A stretch of DNA of 64,000 nucleotides from Octopus vulgaris (GCA_951406725.2 OX597826.1:49166001-49230000), one strand, 5' to 3'; positions 1 to 11,139 are shown, counted from the first letter of the stretch. A program made the numbers and translations. Notes: generated by a model not told the origin, from the letters alone.

Positions 1-299
1 TTATACAACACAACACCACCCAATAATTCAAGTTTTTCTTTAACACCTTTTTTTTTGTTTTTTCTTAATTACTCATTCGTCAACATAAACATAGAATCAA
101 TTCCAGTGTACCGAAATTCCAGTGATATAGAATTGGCCAACTTAATGACCTCAAAGAAGACATTCTATGAAGGTTCCATGCAGTGGGCTTGAACACATAA
201 TAGATATAATCAATGAGCTATGATCAACCTATAGATTTTTAATTAAATGATTTTAAAATATTATTGTTCTATTTATATTTTGTTGCTATTGATGCAATG

Positions 300-696
300 T
301 AGCTGGCAGAATCATTAGCACACTGGGCGAAATGCTTAGCGGTATTTCGTCTGCTGTTACATTCTGAGTTCAAATTCTGCTGAGGTCGACTTTGCCTTTC
401 ATCCTTTCGGGGTCAATAACTTAAGTACCAGTTATGCACTGGGTCAATATAATTGACTTAATCCGTGTGTTTGTCCTCTCTGTGCTTAGCCCCTTGTGTG
501 TAGTAAAGAAATAGGTATTTTGTTTGCTGTTACATTCTGAGTTCAAATTCTGCCGAGGTCGACTTTGCCTTTCATCCTTTCGGGGACGATTAAATAAGTA
601 CCATTTATGCACTGGGGTTGATGTAATCAACTTAATCCCTTTTCTGTCCTTGTTTGTCTCCTCTATGTTTATCCCCCTGCGGGCAATAAAGAAATA
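300..696 (+). mobile_element. SINE family A (tRNA-derived), one head followed by a tandemly duplicated body
   Basis: Pol III-like A box (AGCTGGCAGAATC) and B box (GAGTTCAAATTC), core GAGGTCGACTTTGCCTTTCATCCTTTCGGGG. Body 341-512 is repeated at about 514-696. Many further copies occur in the window. Confidence 0.85.
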
Positions 697-720
697 AATA
701 TTATAAGATATAGAAAAGTT

Positions 721-1295
721 GGTGAGCTGGCAGAACTGTTATTTCATCCGTCTTTATGTTCTAAGTTCAAATTCTACCAAAGTTGACTTAGCCTTTTATC
801 TTTTTGGGTTCGATGAAATAAGTACTAATCAGGCATTGAGATCAATGTAATCAACTTACTCCTCCATTAAAATTTCAGGCCTTGTGCCTATAGTAGAAAG
901 GATTGTATGAGAGAGGAAAAGTGGTGATCTGGTGGGATCATGAGCACTTCACACACGTTGTTTAGTGGCACTTCTTTTCGCTTTATGGTCCAAGTTCAAA
1001 TTCCACCAAGGTCAACTTTACTCTCATCCTTTCAGGGTTGATGAAATTCAATACAAATTGAGAACTGGGTTGAATGTAATCAACTAGTGCCCTGCCCCAA
1101 AGTTTCAGGCCTTGTGCCTTTAACAGTAAGTTATATTACAGGTATTTAAGAAAGGGAGCTGACTGAATCGTTAGCATGCTGGACAAAATGCTTAACGGCA
1201 TTTCAGCCGTCTTTACATTCTGAGTTCCAATTCCACTGAAGTCAGCTTTGCCTTTTTTTCTTTTGGTTGGTACTTAGTTTGAAATAAGTACCAAC
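721..1295 (+). mobile_element. Head-to-tail array of about 3 diverged SINE A copies
   Basis: Recurring GGTGAGCTGG...GTTCAAATTC...AGGCCTTGTGCCT motifs at about 721, 922 and 1155. Confidence 0.75.
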
Positions 1296-1298
1296 AAT

Positions 1299-1807
1299 AG
1301 GCGCAGGAGTGGCTGTGTGGTAAGTAGCTTGCTTCCCAACCACATGGTTTCAGGTTCAGTCCCACTGCATGGCAGCTTGGGCAAATGTCTTCTGCTATAA
1401 CCTTGGGCAGACCAAAGCTTTGTAAGTGAATTTGGTAGGTGGAAAGAGGCCTAGGCCACAGCTCGTGAGCTGAAACTAGATAGAATAAAAAATAAAAAAA
1501 TAAAATAAAATATGACCCATTTTGGTCATGAATGACCATGGGAATGCACCTAGAAAGTTACCCTCTGAGGCACAAGTCCAGGCAAGGTTGTTTATTGAAG
1601 TCCAGCCGTCACCCATGCAGACCAGCCTCATCTATCTACACCACTAATGTTATCCAAGGGAAAGGCAAAGGCAAAGGCTGATACAGCTTAGCACTAGTGA
1701 CATTACAACTCATTTCTACAACTGAGTGAACTGGAGCAATGTGAAATAAAGTGTCTTGCTCAAGAACACAACATACATGGCTCAGTGGTTAGAGCGTTGA
1801 ACTTACG

Positions 1808-1853
<46 letters not shown>

Positions 1854-2040
1854 TTGTGTCTGTGTTTGTCCCCCACCATCATCACTTGACAACCGATGTT
1901 GGTGTGTTTACATACCAGTAACTTTGCGGTTCAGCAAAAGAGACCGACAGAATAAGTACTTGGCTTACACAGAATAAGTCCTGGGTTCAGTTTGTCCGAC
2001 TAAAGGCGGTGCTCCTGTAAACAAGCAAAAGAATAAAAGA
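1299..2040 (+). mobile_element. SINE family B, interrupted by a nested element
   Basis: Head AGGCGCAGGAGTGGCTGTGTGGTAAG...GGTTCAGTCCCA (1299-1447). The 3' half GTGTTTGTCCCCC...AAGGCGGTGCTCC...AAAAGAATAAAAGA lies at about 1855-2040. Confidence 0.8.
1513..1772 (-). mobile_element. SINE with family-C core and a distinct 3' region, nested in SINE B
   Basis: Reverse complement contains TTGTGTTCTTGAGCAAGACACTTTATTTCACATTGCTCCAGTTCACTCAG, matching the core of 4489-4815. Confidence 0.7.
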
Positions 2041-3118
2041 AAGGACCAGGCACTGGGGTAGATGGTAATTAACTGGTACCATACACCAAAATTTCAAGCC
2101 TTGTCCCTATAGCAGAAAAGGCAATACAACGGGGAATGTGGTGAGCTGGAAAGATCCCAAGCACATCAGACATGATGCTGAGAAGCATTTCTTTGGACTC
2201 TTTACATTCTGGGTTCACATCCTGCCAAAGTTGGCTTTGCCTTTCCCTCTTTGGGTTTGACACAATAAAGTACCTCTCAAATATTAACATGACCTCTCTG
2301 CTGACAATTGCAGGCCTTGTACCAAAATTAGATAGAATTATATGACATAAGTCTTCATATGACTGATAAGGGGCTCAAATGCAATTTTTAAAGGCCCTGT
2401 CTAAACGCCTCACTGTTCCATTGTTACTTAGTGTTTGTTATTCACTCATAAGGTTTGAAACAAATTCTAAAGATATTGGTGAGATTTTTATTTTGTTGTT
2501 GTTTTGTTTTGATGTTTTAAAGATTTTGTAATTCAAGTTTCATACTGGTTGGTTGGTTGGTTGGTTGGTAAACTGGTATGGCTGGCTGGCTGGCTGGTTT
2601 GTTAACTGGTTGGAAGGTCAGATGATTTGTTAGTCGGTTGGTGATGTTATTTTAATAACGTTGTCGAGAGTTTGTAATATTAACGGATATAAATAGATAT
2701 TCAGGATGCAAGATATCAAATCTAGGACAGACTTGTTATTCGTGGCTGTGTGGTAAGAAGCTTATTTCCCAACTGCACGCTCCTGGGTTCAGTCCCAGTG
2801 CATGGCACCTTGGGCAAGTATCTTCTACTATAGCCTTGGGCTGACCAAAGCCTTGTCGATTTGACAGATAGAAATTAAATGAAACCTGTTGTATACACAC
2901 ACACACACATACTTATATGTGAGCCCTCATTTATACTGAACCAATAATAAAAAAGATATGTCCATTAATGAACAAAGCCCCTTAAATCAAAAAGATTAGG
3001 GTTCTTTTTTTCTTGCAGTTTTTAAGATAAAAAAACTAATACAATATACACTAGGGTACAACATGTAATTATTAGATAATAATAACAATAATAAAAATTA
3101 TAATAATGATAATAATAA

Positions 3119-3340
3119 ACCCTTCTCAAGCCATATAGACTCATAGGGCTAGTTTCCCTGTTTCTGTGGTGCATCTATTCCTCTCTGGACATCGCAGGAT
3201 TGCTTAGTTTTGCCAGCTGAGGGGACTGAAATAATGTGAAATGAAGTGTTTTGCTCAAGAACACAATGCGTCACCTGGTCAAGGAATCAAAACCACAATC
3301 ATGAATCCAACACCCTAACCACTAAGTCATGTGCCTCCAC
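3119..3340 (-). mobile_element. Mosaic SINE: family-C head/core plus family-E tail
   Basis: Minus strand reads GTGGAGGCACATGACTTAGTGGTTAGGG...TTGTGTTCTTGAGCAAAACAC...CACAGAAACAGGGAAACTAGCCCTATGAG...GGCTTGAGAAGGG. Confidence 0.7.
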
Positions 3341-3410
<70 letters not shown>

Positions 3411-3414
<4 letters not shown>

Positions 3415-3481
3415 TGGGTATATTGGGCTTCGTATATTTTACCCCAGTGTCACTTTGATGGCATGAACTGCTCTCTCACTC
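3411..3481 (+). mobile_element. 71-bp 3' terminus of element D embedded in (AAT)n
   Basis: Identical to 3861-3931 and flanked by (AAT)n on both sides. Confidence 0.8.
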
Positions 3482-3516
<35 letters not shown>

Positions 3517-3524
3517 TAACAATA

Positions 3525-3931
3525 CCACAGATTTGCTTGTCAGTTGTTTGACTTTAACCAGTTGAGCATGTCCCTTAGTGGCTGACGATATGTGCATCTC
3601 TGATCATGAGCAGAAGTAGTGGGGGAGCATCATAGCCATGTGTTGAGAGGGATTCTTTGGGGTTTGAATAATTCACCTCTGGAAACATGGGTGTTTCATT
3701 CAACATCCTTAAACAACCCTTATTCAGGGACCTTTTGAGCGGGATGGGCTACTCAACCTGAAGAAAATTCTAACTGGGCCCCACCTGCAAGGTCATGTGC
3801 TGTTTATCTTGATATGGTTGTGATGCATGTGCCTGGTGTACCCTTATCAGATGGGTAGTCATGATGGGTATATTGGGCTTCGTATATTTTACCCCAGTGT
3901 CACTTTGATGGCATGAACTGCTCTCTCACTC
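3525..3931 (+). mobile_element. Element D: probable 3' UTR of a (TAA)n-targeting LINE (Dong/R4-like)
   Basis: No Pol III head. Ends CTCTCTCACTC(AAT)n and sits within (AAT)n. A diverged homologue at 50607-50899 has the same 3' end but a different 5' truncation. The family assignment is inference. Confidence 0.6.
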
Positions 3932-3966
<35 letters not shown>

Positions 3967-4002
3967 TAATAATAATGATAATAAATAATAATAATAATTA
4001 AA

Positions 4003-4058
<56 letters not shown>

Positions 4059-4244
4059 TATTAATAATAATAATAATAATTTCTAATACAGGCAGAAGTT
4101 TTGGGGTGAGATGGTAAGTTGATTACATCGACCTCCAGTGCTCAACTGGTACTTAATTTATCAACCCCAGTGGAATTTCAACTCAGAACGTAGCAATGGA
4201 CAAAATGCTTAGCAGCGTACTAACAAGTCTGTCAGCTCACCATC

Positions 4245-4288
<44 letters not shown>

Positions 4289-4488
4289 GATAATAATAAT
4301 AATAATAATAATAATGATAATAATAATAATAATGATAATAATAATCCTTTCTACTAAAGGCACAAAGCCTGAACTTTGTGGGGAGGGGATTAGTCAATTA
4401 CATCGACCCCAGTGTTTCACTGGTATTGAATTTATCACCCCCAAAAGGACAAAAGTATAAGTCGACATCAGAGTAATTTGAACTCAGA

Positions 4489-4815
4489 GGGTGCGTGGCT
4501 TAGTGGTTAGGGCATTCGGCTCATGATCGTAAGGTTGTGAGTTCGATTCCCGGCGACGCGTTGTGTCCTTGAGCAAGACACTTTATTTCACGTTGCTCCA
4601 GTCCACTCAGCTGGCAAAAATGAGTTGTACTTGTATTTCAAAGGGTCAGCCTTGTCACTCTCTGTGTCACGCTGATTATCCCCGAGAACTACGTTAAGGG
4701 TACACGTGTCTGTGGAATGCTCAGCCATTTGCACGTTAATTTCACGAGCAAGCTGTTCCGTTGATCGTATCAGCTGGGACCCTCGTCGTAGTAACCGGCG
4801 GAGTCTTTTAGTCTT
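4489..4815 (+). mobile_element. SINE family C, full-length and young, with a 15-bp TSD
   Basis: A box TGGCTTAGTGG, B box GTTCGATTC, tail AGTCTTTTAGTCTT. TSD TAATTTGAACTCAGA at 4474-4488 and 4816-4830. CpGs intact. Confidence 0.9.
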
Positions 4816-5007
4816 TAATTTGAACTCAGAACATAGCATTTCATCTTGTGTGCTAACAATTCTGCCAGCTTGCCATTTTAATAACGGTTTCGAATTTTGC
4901 CACAAGGGCAGCAGTTTTGGGGGAGGGGATGAGCCAATTACATCATCCCCCAGTGTTTTTCTGGTACTTAATTTATCGGGCCCGAAAGGAGGAACAGTAA
5001 AGTCGAC

Positions 5008-5272
5008 AGTAAATTATTTCTTTACAGTAAATTATTTCTTTATTACCCACAAGGGGCTAAATACAGATGGGACAAACAAGGACAGACAAAGATATTAAGT
5101 CAGTCGATTACATCGACCCCAGTGTGTAACTGGTACTTGATTTATCGACCCTGAAAGGATGAAAGGCAAAGTCGACCTCAGCGGAATTTGAACTCAGAAC
5201 GTAACGGCAGACGAAATATCGCTAAGCATTTTGCCTGGCGTGCTAACGTTTCTGCCAGCTCCTCACCACCTT
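5008..5272 (-). mobile_element. Full-length SINE A nested in another SINE A, with a 19-bp TSD
   Basis: GAGGAACAGTAAAGTCGAC at 4989-5007 and 5273-5291. The host SINE resumes after the second copy. Confidence 0.9.
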
Positions 5273-5979
5273 GAGGAACAGTAAAGTCGACCTCGGCGGA
5301 ATTTGAACTCAGAACATAGCAACGGGCGAAATACTGCTAAGCATTTCGTCCAGCGCACTAACGATTCTGCCAGCTCAGTAACCATAACACTGATGAGGGC
5401 GATATCCCTTCTACTTGTTCTCTCATTTCCCCCTTACCACTCACCATCTCTCTCTTCCTCTCCTTTTCCTTTTCTCTATCATCTACCTTCCTCATCCTCC
5501 CTCCCTCCTTCCCTCCCTCTTCTTGACCATTCCTTTGCTTAAAACAGATCCATACCAGGAGGTGGGAGACTGAGTATATTCTCTCTCTCTCTCTCTCTTT
5601 CTATTTTAGATGGTGGTGATGGAAATGACGATGGTAGTAGTGTGAGATAGGGATTTGTTACACAAACTCCACCATGACCACCACCACCACCACCATCAAA
5701 TATTAGACAAACTCACCACCTCCGCCACCATCTAATTGCTACCACCACAACTAGGGCCATAACCATCATCATCATCATCATCATCATCCTCATCAACACC
5801 ATCATCATCATCACCACCACCACCACCAAAACCACTACCGTCATCATCATTATCATCATCATCATCAATTATCTTCATCAGCAGTAACTCATCAAATCTT
5901 TTGCTTTGACCCATCTCATGTCTTCTCCCTATCTTCAATTTCTCCTCCTACTCCTACCACTACAACTACTACTCCTCTC

Positions 5980-6001
5980 CTTCTTCTTCTTCTTCTTCTT
6001 C

Positions 6002-6039
<38 letters not shown>

Positions 6040-6057
6040 TTTCTTCTTCTTCTTCTT

Positions 6058-6088
<31 letters not shown>

Positions 6089-6136
6089 TTATTATTATTA
6101 TTATTATTTTTCTTCTTCTTCTTCTTCTTCTTCTTC

Positions 6137-6167
<31 letters not shown>

Positions 6168-6225
6168 CATTATTATTATTTTTCTTCTTCTTCTTCTTCT
6201 CCTTCTTCTTCTTCTTTCTTCTTCT
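5980..6225. repeat. Compound microsatellite of alternating (CTT)n and (ATT)n blocks
   Basis: Read directly: three (CTT)n(ATT)n units followed by a final (CTT)n run. Confidence 0.95.
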
Positions 6226-6377
6226 TCCCACTGTATCTCCTTCATTTTCTTCTTTCTTCTTTTCCTCCTCCTAACCTGTCTCCTTATTGCTGTTGTTGTT
6301 GTTGTTCTTCTTCTTCTTCTTCTTCTTCTTCTTCATCATCTTCTTTCTTCCATCTTCCATACTGGATCCAAACTCAC

Positions 6378-6403
6378 CACAACAACAACCAGGCAAGCCA
6401 CAT
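6378..6403 (-). CDS. Candidate first coding exon, MWLAWLLL (signal-peptide-like start)
   Basis: ATG TGG CTT GCC TGG TTG TTG TTG TG|GTGAGT donor at 6377-6372, with a GC/G-rich region upstream at 6.8-7.0 kb. Could be chance in a GGT-rich context. Confidence 0.25.
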
Positions 6404-7245
6404 ACGGCTTCCCTTTCCTCCCACCACCCATCACCACCACCACCATTACCACCACCATCACCACCACCACCACCACCACCACCATCACCACCACCACCAT
6501 CACACCACCACTACCATCACCACCATCAGAAGAAGTACTTCCTACTTTCTACTTGCAAAAGACACAGTCCCTTTTCTCTCTACCTCTCTCTCTCTCTCTC
6601 TCTCTCTCTTCCTCTCTCTCTCTCCCTCACTTCTCCTCCTCCCACCCTCTCTCTCTCTCTCTTCTGATTCCTCCTCCTCCTCTCTAATTCTTCCCCAAAC
6701 AAGTCAGCCTTCAGTGTAGTTTAGATTCCTACACAGTAGTTAAAGAGTTTGCTTTTGAAGAATATAATTTTTTTTTTTTTTCCATCGGCAGCAGTGACAG
6801 GAGATAAAGCAAGGGGGGTGGGTGGGGTAGCGGCGATGGTGAGGGTGAGGGGGGGAGGCTAGTCGAAGCAGAAAAATACCCCCAACTAGAACAACTTTTC
6901 TAAATATTGGCGCACAACACCAAGTTCGGGTGGGGGTGGGGGTGGAAGGGGGTGGGGGGTAAGGTGTAGAATGGGTGGTGCGCGGGAGGATGTTGGTGGG
7001 TATGTGGGTGCAAGTCAGTGAAAATTCGACTCCACTCTTCGACAGGTATTTATTTAACCGGCGGTCCCAGAAGGATTTGAACCCCAGATCGCAGAGGAAT
7101 GTTATTACATACCACCACAACAAGGAATTTAGTTCGGCGCTGTTACCGTAATTGTATCTAAGGTAGGTAAAAAGGGGGGCTAGACATTTTAACGGGTTCG
7201 CTATTGTTGATTAGAGGCGACCAAAGTTTACGAAGGAAGCTTCTA

Positions 7246-7495
7246 TGAGGTCGCTTGGTCTGCTAGAAATAACAGCGAAAACTCCTTCCGCTCAGTTCGC
7301 ACCCTACCGTCTTAGAGAAGGATATTTTCGATAATTTGATGTTCGGTCTCTTGCAAATAGTAAAATGAATGAATAAACTAATTGATAATTAATTAATAAT
7401 GAGATGGTCACGGCTAGAATGTATTTTATTATTTCTGTTCGTTCAAAGCCGACCTGGGGCTCTATAAGAGCAACAACAACATCAACAACTACTAC
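7246..7495 (+). mobile_element. Dispersed repeat family G (probable SINE/LINE-derived), diverged
   Basis: TGCTAGAAATAACAGC...CCCTACCGTCTTA...ATGGTCACGGCTAGAATG...GACCTGGGGCT(AAC)n. Related copies lie at about 16325-16475(-), 34195-34400, 38190-38920(-), 46505-46655(-), 55870-55970 and 60930-61155. Confidence 0.7.
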
Positions 7496-7879
7496 AAGGA
7501 ATTTTTCTGATTCTGGGAGGATAAAAAGAATTTTTTTTTTAATTAGTCACCACATCTGCTACCAGCGGGATTTGAACTCACAACAGAAAGGAATGTTACA
7601 AAATAGCAATACAAAATAATTTGTTCGACGCTCTACTGAATCTACCATGCAGTGATAATGGTCGTATAATTCTATCTTTATTGGCCACAAGGGTTCATAC
7701 ATACAATTCCAAAACGTGCCATGCAAAGATGGTGTATGGGGAGAACACATGTAGAGATGTATGTATGTGTTTGCATGTATGTATGCATGAATGTATACGT
7801 ATGTATGTGTATCTAGCTATATATCTATATGTGTGTGTATAATGTCTATATATGTATGTATGTGTGTGTATATATATAT

Positions 7880-8100
7880 ATTCTTTTATTCTCTTATTTG
7901 TCTCAGTGATTTTGACTGCGGCCATGCTGGAGCACCGCCTGTAGTCGAACAAATCAACCTCAGGAATTATTCTTTGTAAGCCTAATACTTATTGTATAGG
8001 TCTCTTTTACCGAACCGCTAAGTTACGGGGACGTAAACACACCAACATCGGGGTTGTCAAGCGATGGTGGGGGGAGGGGGTCAAACAAAGACATACAACT
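7880..8100 (-). mobile_element. SINE B, 3' half
   Basis: TTGACTGCGGCCATGCTGGAGCACCGCC...CCGCTAAGTTACGGGGACGTAAACACACCAACATCGG; CpGs retained. Confidence 0.85.
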
Positions 8101-8102
8101 AC

Positions 8103-8162
<60 letters not shown>

Positions 8163-9150
8163 ATATATATATGTGCGTGTATATACATATACACGCATGC
8201 AAACGCACACGTACATACAATACATACATATTTTCAACTATATTATAAATGTATATACATACGTACATGCAAACACACACACACACACATACACACACAC
8301 ACACATGAATGCATGTATGTATAAACCGAATGCGGGCGCAAAAACGCAATATAATTATCGTCATATTTAAATTACTCCTGAGTTCCGAATGGTGTCCTTT
8401 AGAAGTGGGGCCCACACTTTTAGCTAGGTCCTAGAACGCAGCGACACTCATAGCTCCTACCCTAAGAGAGAGTAATGGATAGAATATAAATATAACGAGC
8501 TAAACACTGAGTACTCTAAGGAAATAAGGGCCAACTCCACCTCACACATAGGAGTAGGACCTATCATAATTCCGACAAGCTTTTGGCCTCTAATTATTTT
8601 GCTCATATTAAGTTCTCAGAGTTTTTCCCGTGAGCATCTCCGAGTTTGGGTGAGTGACCGGTGAAATTTCCCTAGTGTAGGGCAACTACTGTGATAATGG
8701 TTATTTGTTTAAACCCTGGGTTCATAACCAAAGGAGTGCCCTTCACTTTCCGGAGGTTTGAGATGGAATTTTAGGGGTGCGACAAAAAACGGGAAATGCA
8801 TTTCATTTCTTATTAAAAATCATGTTTCCAAAATAACATTATCACCTTTTTAGAATAACTTTCTTCTAATAAACACACCTAGAACTTCATTATTCCATAG
8901 TAGTGTATGTAGTTTAGTAAAAAAAAAAATAAAAAGTTAATTAATTGATAGAAAATTTTCTGGCTTTTTTTTTTTTTTTCATCTTCAATATGAGATATAA
9001 TTTTTGAAGAGGATACGAAAAATTATCAAGTATTTCCTTAGGGTGTGGGACACAAAAACGGTTCAAATCATAGATCTAAAAGATCTCTCTCTCTCTCACA
9101 CATACACACACACACGTATACTGCCGTTTATAAAAGAATTAACGCGGTTG

Positions 9151-9393
9151 TTGACTCTTTTGATACTAACCCACCTGAGATCCTTCCTACTTTTGCGCAA
9201 CAAACTTCCTGTTTTAAGTGATCTAAATTTAAAACTTTCTTTCATGAAAACTTCTTATTAATATTCATATTCCAAACATCCGTTAAATAATGAACAAAAC
9301 TTTATTTATACTAAGTTCTTCATTATTTTTCAAAATTAATTTTACACAAAAGTAATGCATTTTTCTACAGAAACACGGAAAATAAAAGATTAA
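9151..9393. mobile_element. Degenerate MITE-like element with TTAA-type ends (piggyBac-like); partial duplicate at about 9398-9475
   Basis: Ends TTGACTCTTTT... and ...AAAAGATTAA are imperfect inverted repeats. The internal segment TTCTTC..TATTTT..AAATTAATT..ACAGAAA..CACGG occurs twice. Confidence 0.4.
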
Positions 9394-10610
9394 CAAAACC
9401 GTTATTTTACAAAATTCTTCGTTATTTTAAAAATTAATTCAAACAAAGTCGGTGTGTTTTAACAGAAATACACGGGGGTTTTCTCTTGTCGCCCCCTATT
9501 ACCACCAGGAATCAACCTCAAACAGTGCAGATATTTGGATATTTACCACAGCATTCCCCACGTCTTGTGGCAGGGCTGAAGGAGAAGTTTACGAACTGTT
9601 TATAGATTTGTTGGGTGGGATGTGCTTTACTAATAATCCCTCATTTCTTTTTGTCTTCGATCTTACCTTACCCATAGCCCCTCATACACACACCTGTCGG
9701 CTATAGTAGCTTCTCCCTCCAACACAATTATCCCCTCATCTTCCGTCAGACCCAGATCAGTTCGTCATCTCTTCAAGTTCCCGTTGCTAATTCTTTATAA
9801 GCACCCGTGACGTTCAGGGTTTCATAGAGGGCGAAAGGTAACCCTCCATTTTTACCCCCTTGTTTTCTTGAGGAACTCCAAGCCAAAGGCCTAAAAGATT
9901 AGTAGTAGGTTTCAGCCGGTACATAGCAATGGGTGCCAAGCCGGGTGAGCTAAGTAATAGAGGAGGCGCTGAGGCCATTTATTAGGGACCCTACCCTCAA
10001 AAATAATTTTTTAAAATCACAACCCTTACCACCACCCTTGACCCCCCCCCAAAAAAAAACTGTTTTATCCTGTTTTACTAAATTCCTCTTGGAAGTTCTG
10101 TTTCCATTCTCTTACCTTTGGACACATTCCTTTATATTCATAGTCTCAAACGTTTCCCATCTCTCTCCAGTTATTGTATCCTTTGCCTCCTTCGCCAACA
10201 TACAATGAAAAGGAACTGTTGATCGTATCCAACCCATCCCAACCCTCGGGCAGGTTTGCAATCTAATCTTTTCTTACTCCAGGACTCAGGGGAGCAGGGC
10301 AGGGCAGCTGTGCACATTTCTAACTATAAAAGGATGGTGTGTAGAATCAAGTTGATCACACCTGTAAACCAGTGCTTCATTGCTTACTGTAGTTTATCGT
10401 TTCCTTCCAGTCTCCCCTCAACCTACCCCCAGAAGGATATTTAAAAAAAAAAAGGGGGCGGGAAGCAAAAAGAAAATTCAAAGACGACCTAGGCAAGATT
10501 CGAACCCAGGACTCGAAAGCACTAAGGAACATACTAAAATAAATATCCAAAGGTATTTTGTCGGTAGTGCCGACAAAATGATGTTGAAACTTTGATAAAG
10601 CAATCAATCA

Positions 10611-10660
<50 letters not shown>

Positions 10661-10665
10661 ATTAG

Positions 10666-10824
10666 TGCAAGCGTGGCTGTGTGGTTGAGAAGACTTGTTT
10701 CCTAACCATGTGGTCGTAGGTTCAGTCCCATTGCAGGGCTCCTTGGCCAACACCGGGCTGACAGATTTGGTGGGAGAAAACTGAAAGAAGCCCTTCGAAT
10801 AGATAGATAGATAGATATATAGAA

Positions 10825-10855
<31 letters not shown>

Positions 10856-11068
10856 TTTGTGTGTCTTTGTGTGTGTCTCCACTACCGCTTGCCAACCGGT
10901 GTTAGTTTGTTTACGTCCCCGCGACGTGACGGTTCGACAAAAAGACACCGACAGAATAAGTGACCAGGTCTAAAAATGAGTACTAGGCTAGATTTGTTTC
11001 GACTAAAAAATCCTTAAAGGCAATGCCCCAGCGTGGTCGCAGTCAATAGACTGTAACAAGCAAAGCAC
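10666..11068 (+). mobile_element. SINE B, full-length and diverged, with internal (GATA)/(TG)n
   Basis: All family-B segments are present in order. Confidence 0.85.
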
Positions 11069-11094
11069 AAAGTTGTGTGTGTGTATGTGTGAAT

Positions 11095-11139
<45 letters not shown>

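Larger units (their letters stand above)
4081..5378 (-). mobile_element. Cluster of about 4 SINE A copies separated by (AAT)n, with nested insertions
   Basis: Repeated reverse-complement motifs TACATCGACCCCAG...GTCGAC...GAATTTGAACTCAGAAC...CTGCCAGCTC. Confidence 0.8.

Noticed and set aside
300-1295. Recurrent direct repeats resembling a repeat-spacer (CRISPR-like) array
   Set aside because: Units are 170-250-bp diverged SINE copies with irregular spacing, in a eukaryotic context with no cas genes.
4489-4560. tRNA-like sequence (also 1778-1808 and 53621-53695)
   Set aside because: A/B boxes are present, but the acceptor stem is not properly paired and the sequence runs into a SINE body (with TSDs at 4489) or is only a fragment. 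These are SINE heads, not tRNA genes.
5700-5770. Minus-strand GTG|GTGAGT donor at about 5717
   Set aside because: It lies in (GGT)/(GAT) simple repeats with no plausible exon. It shows such donors arise by chance here.
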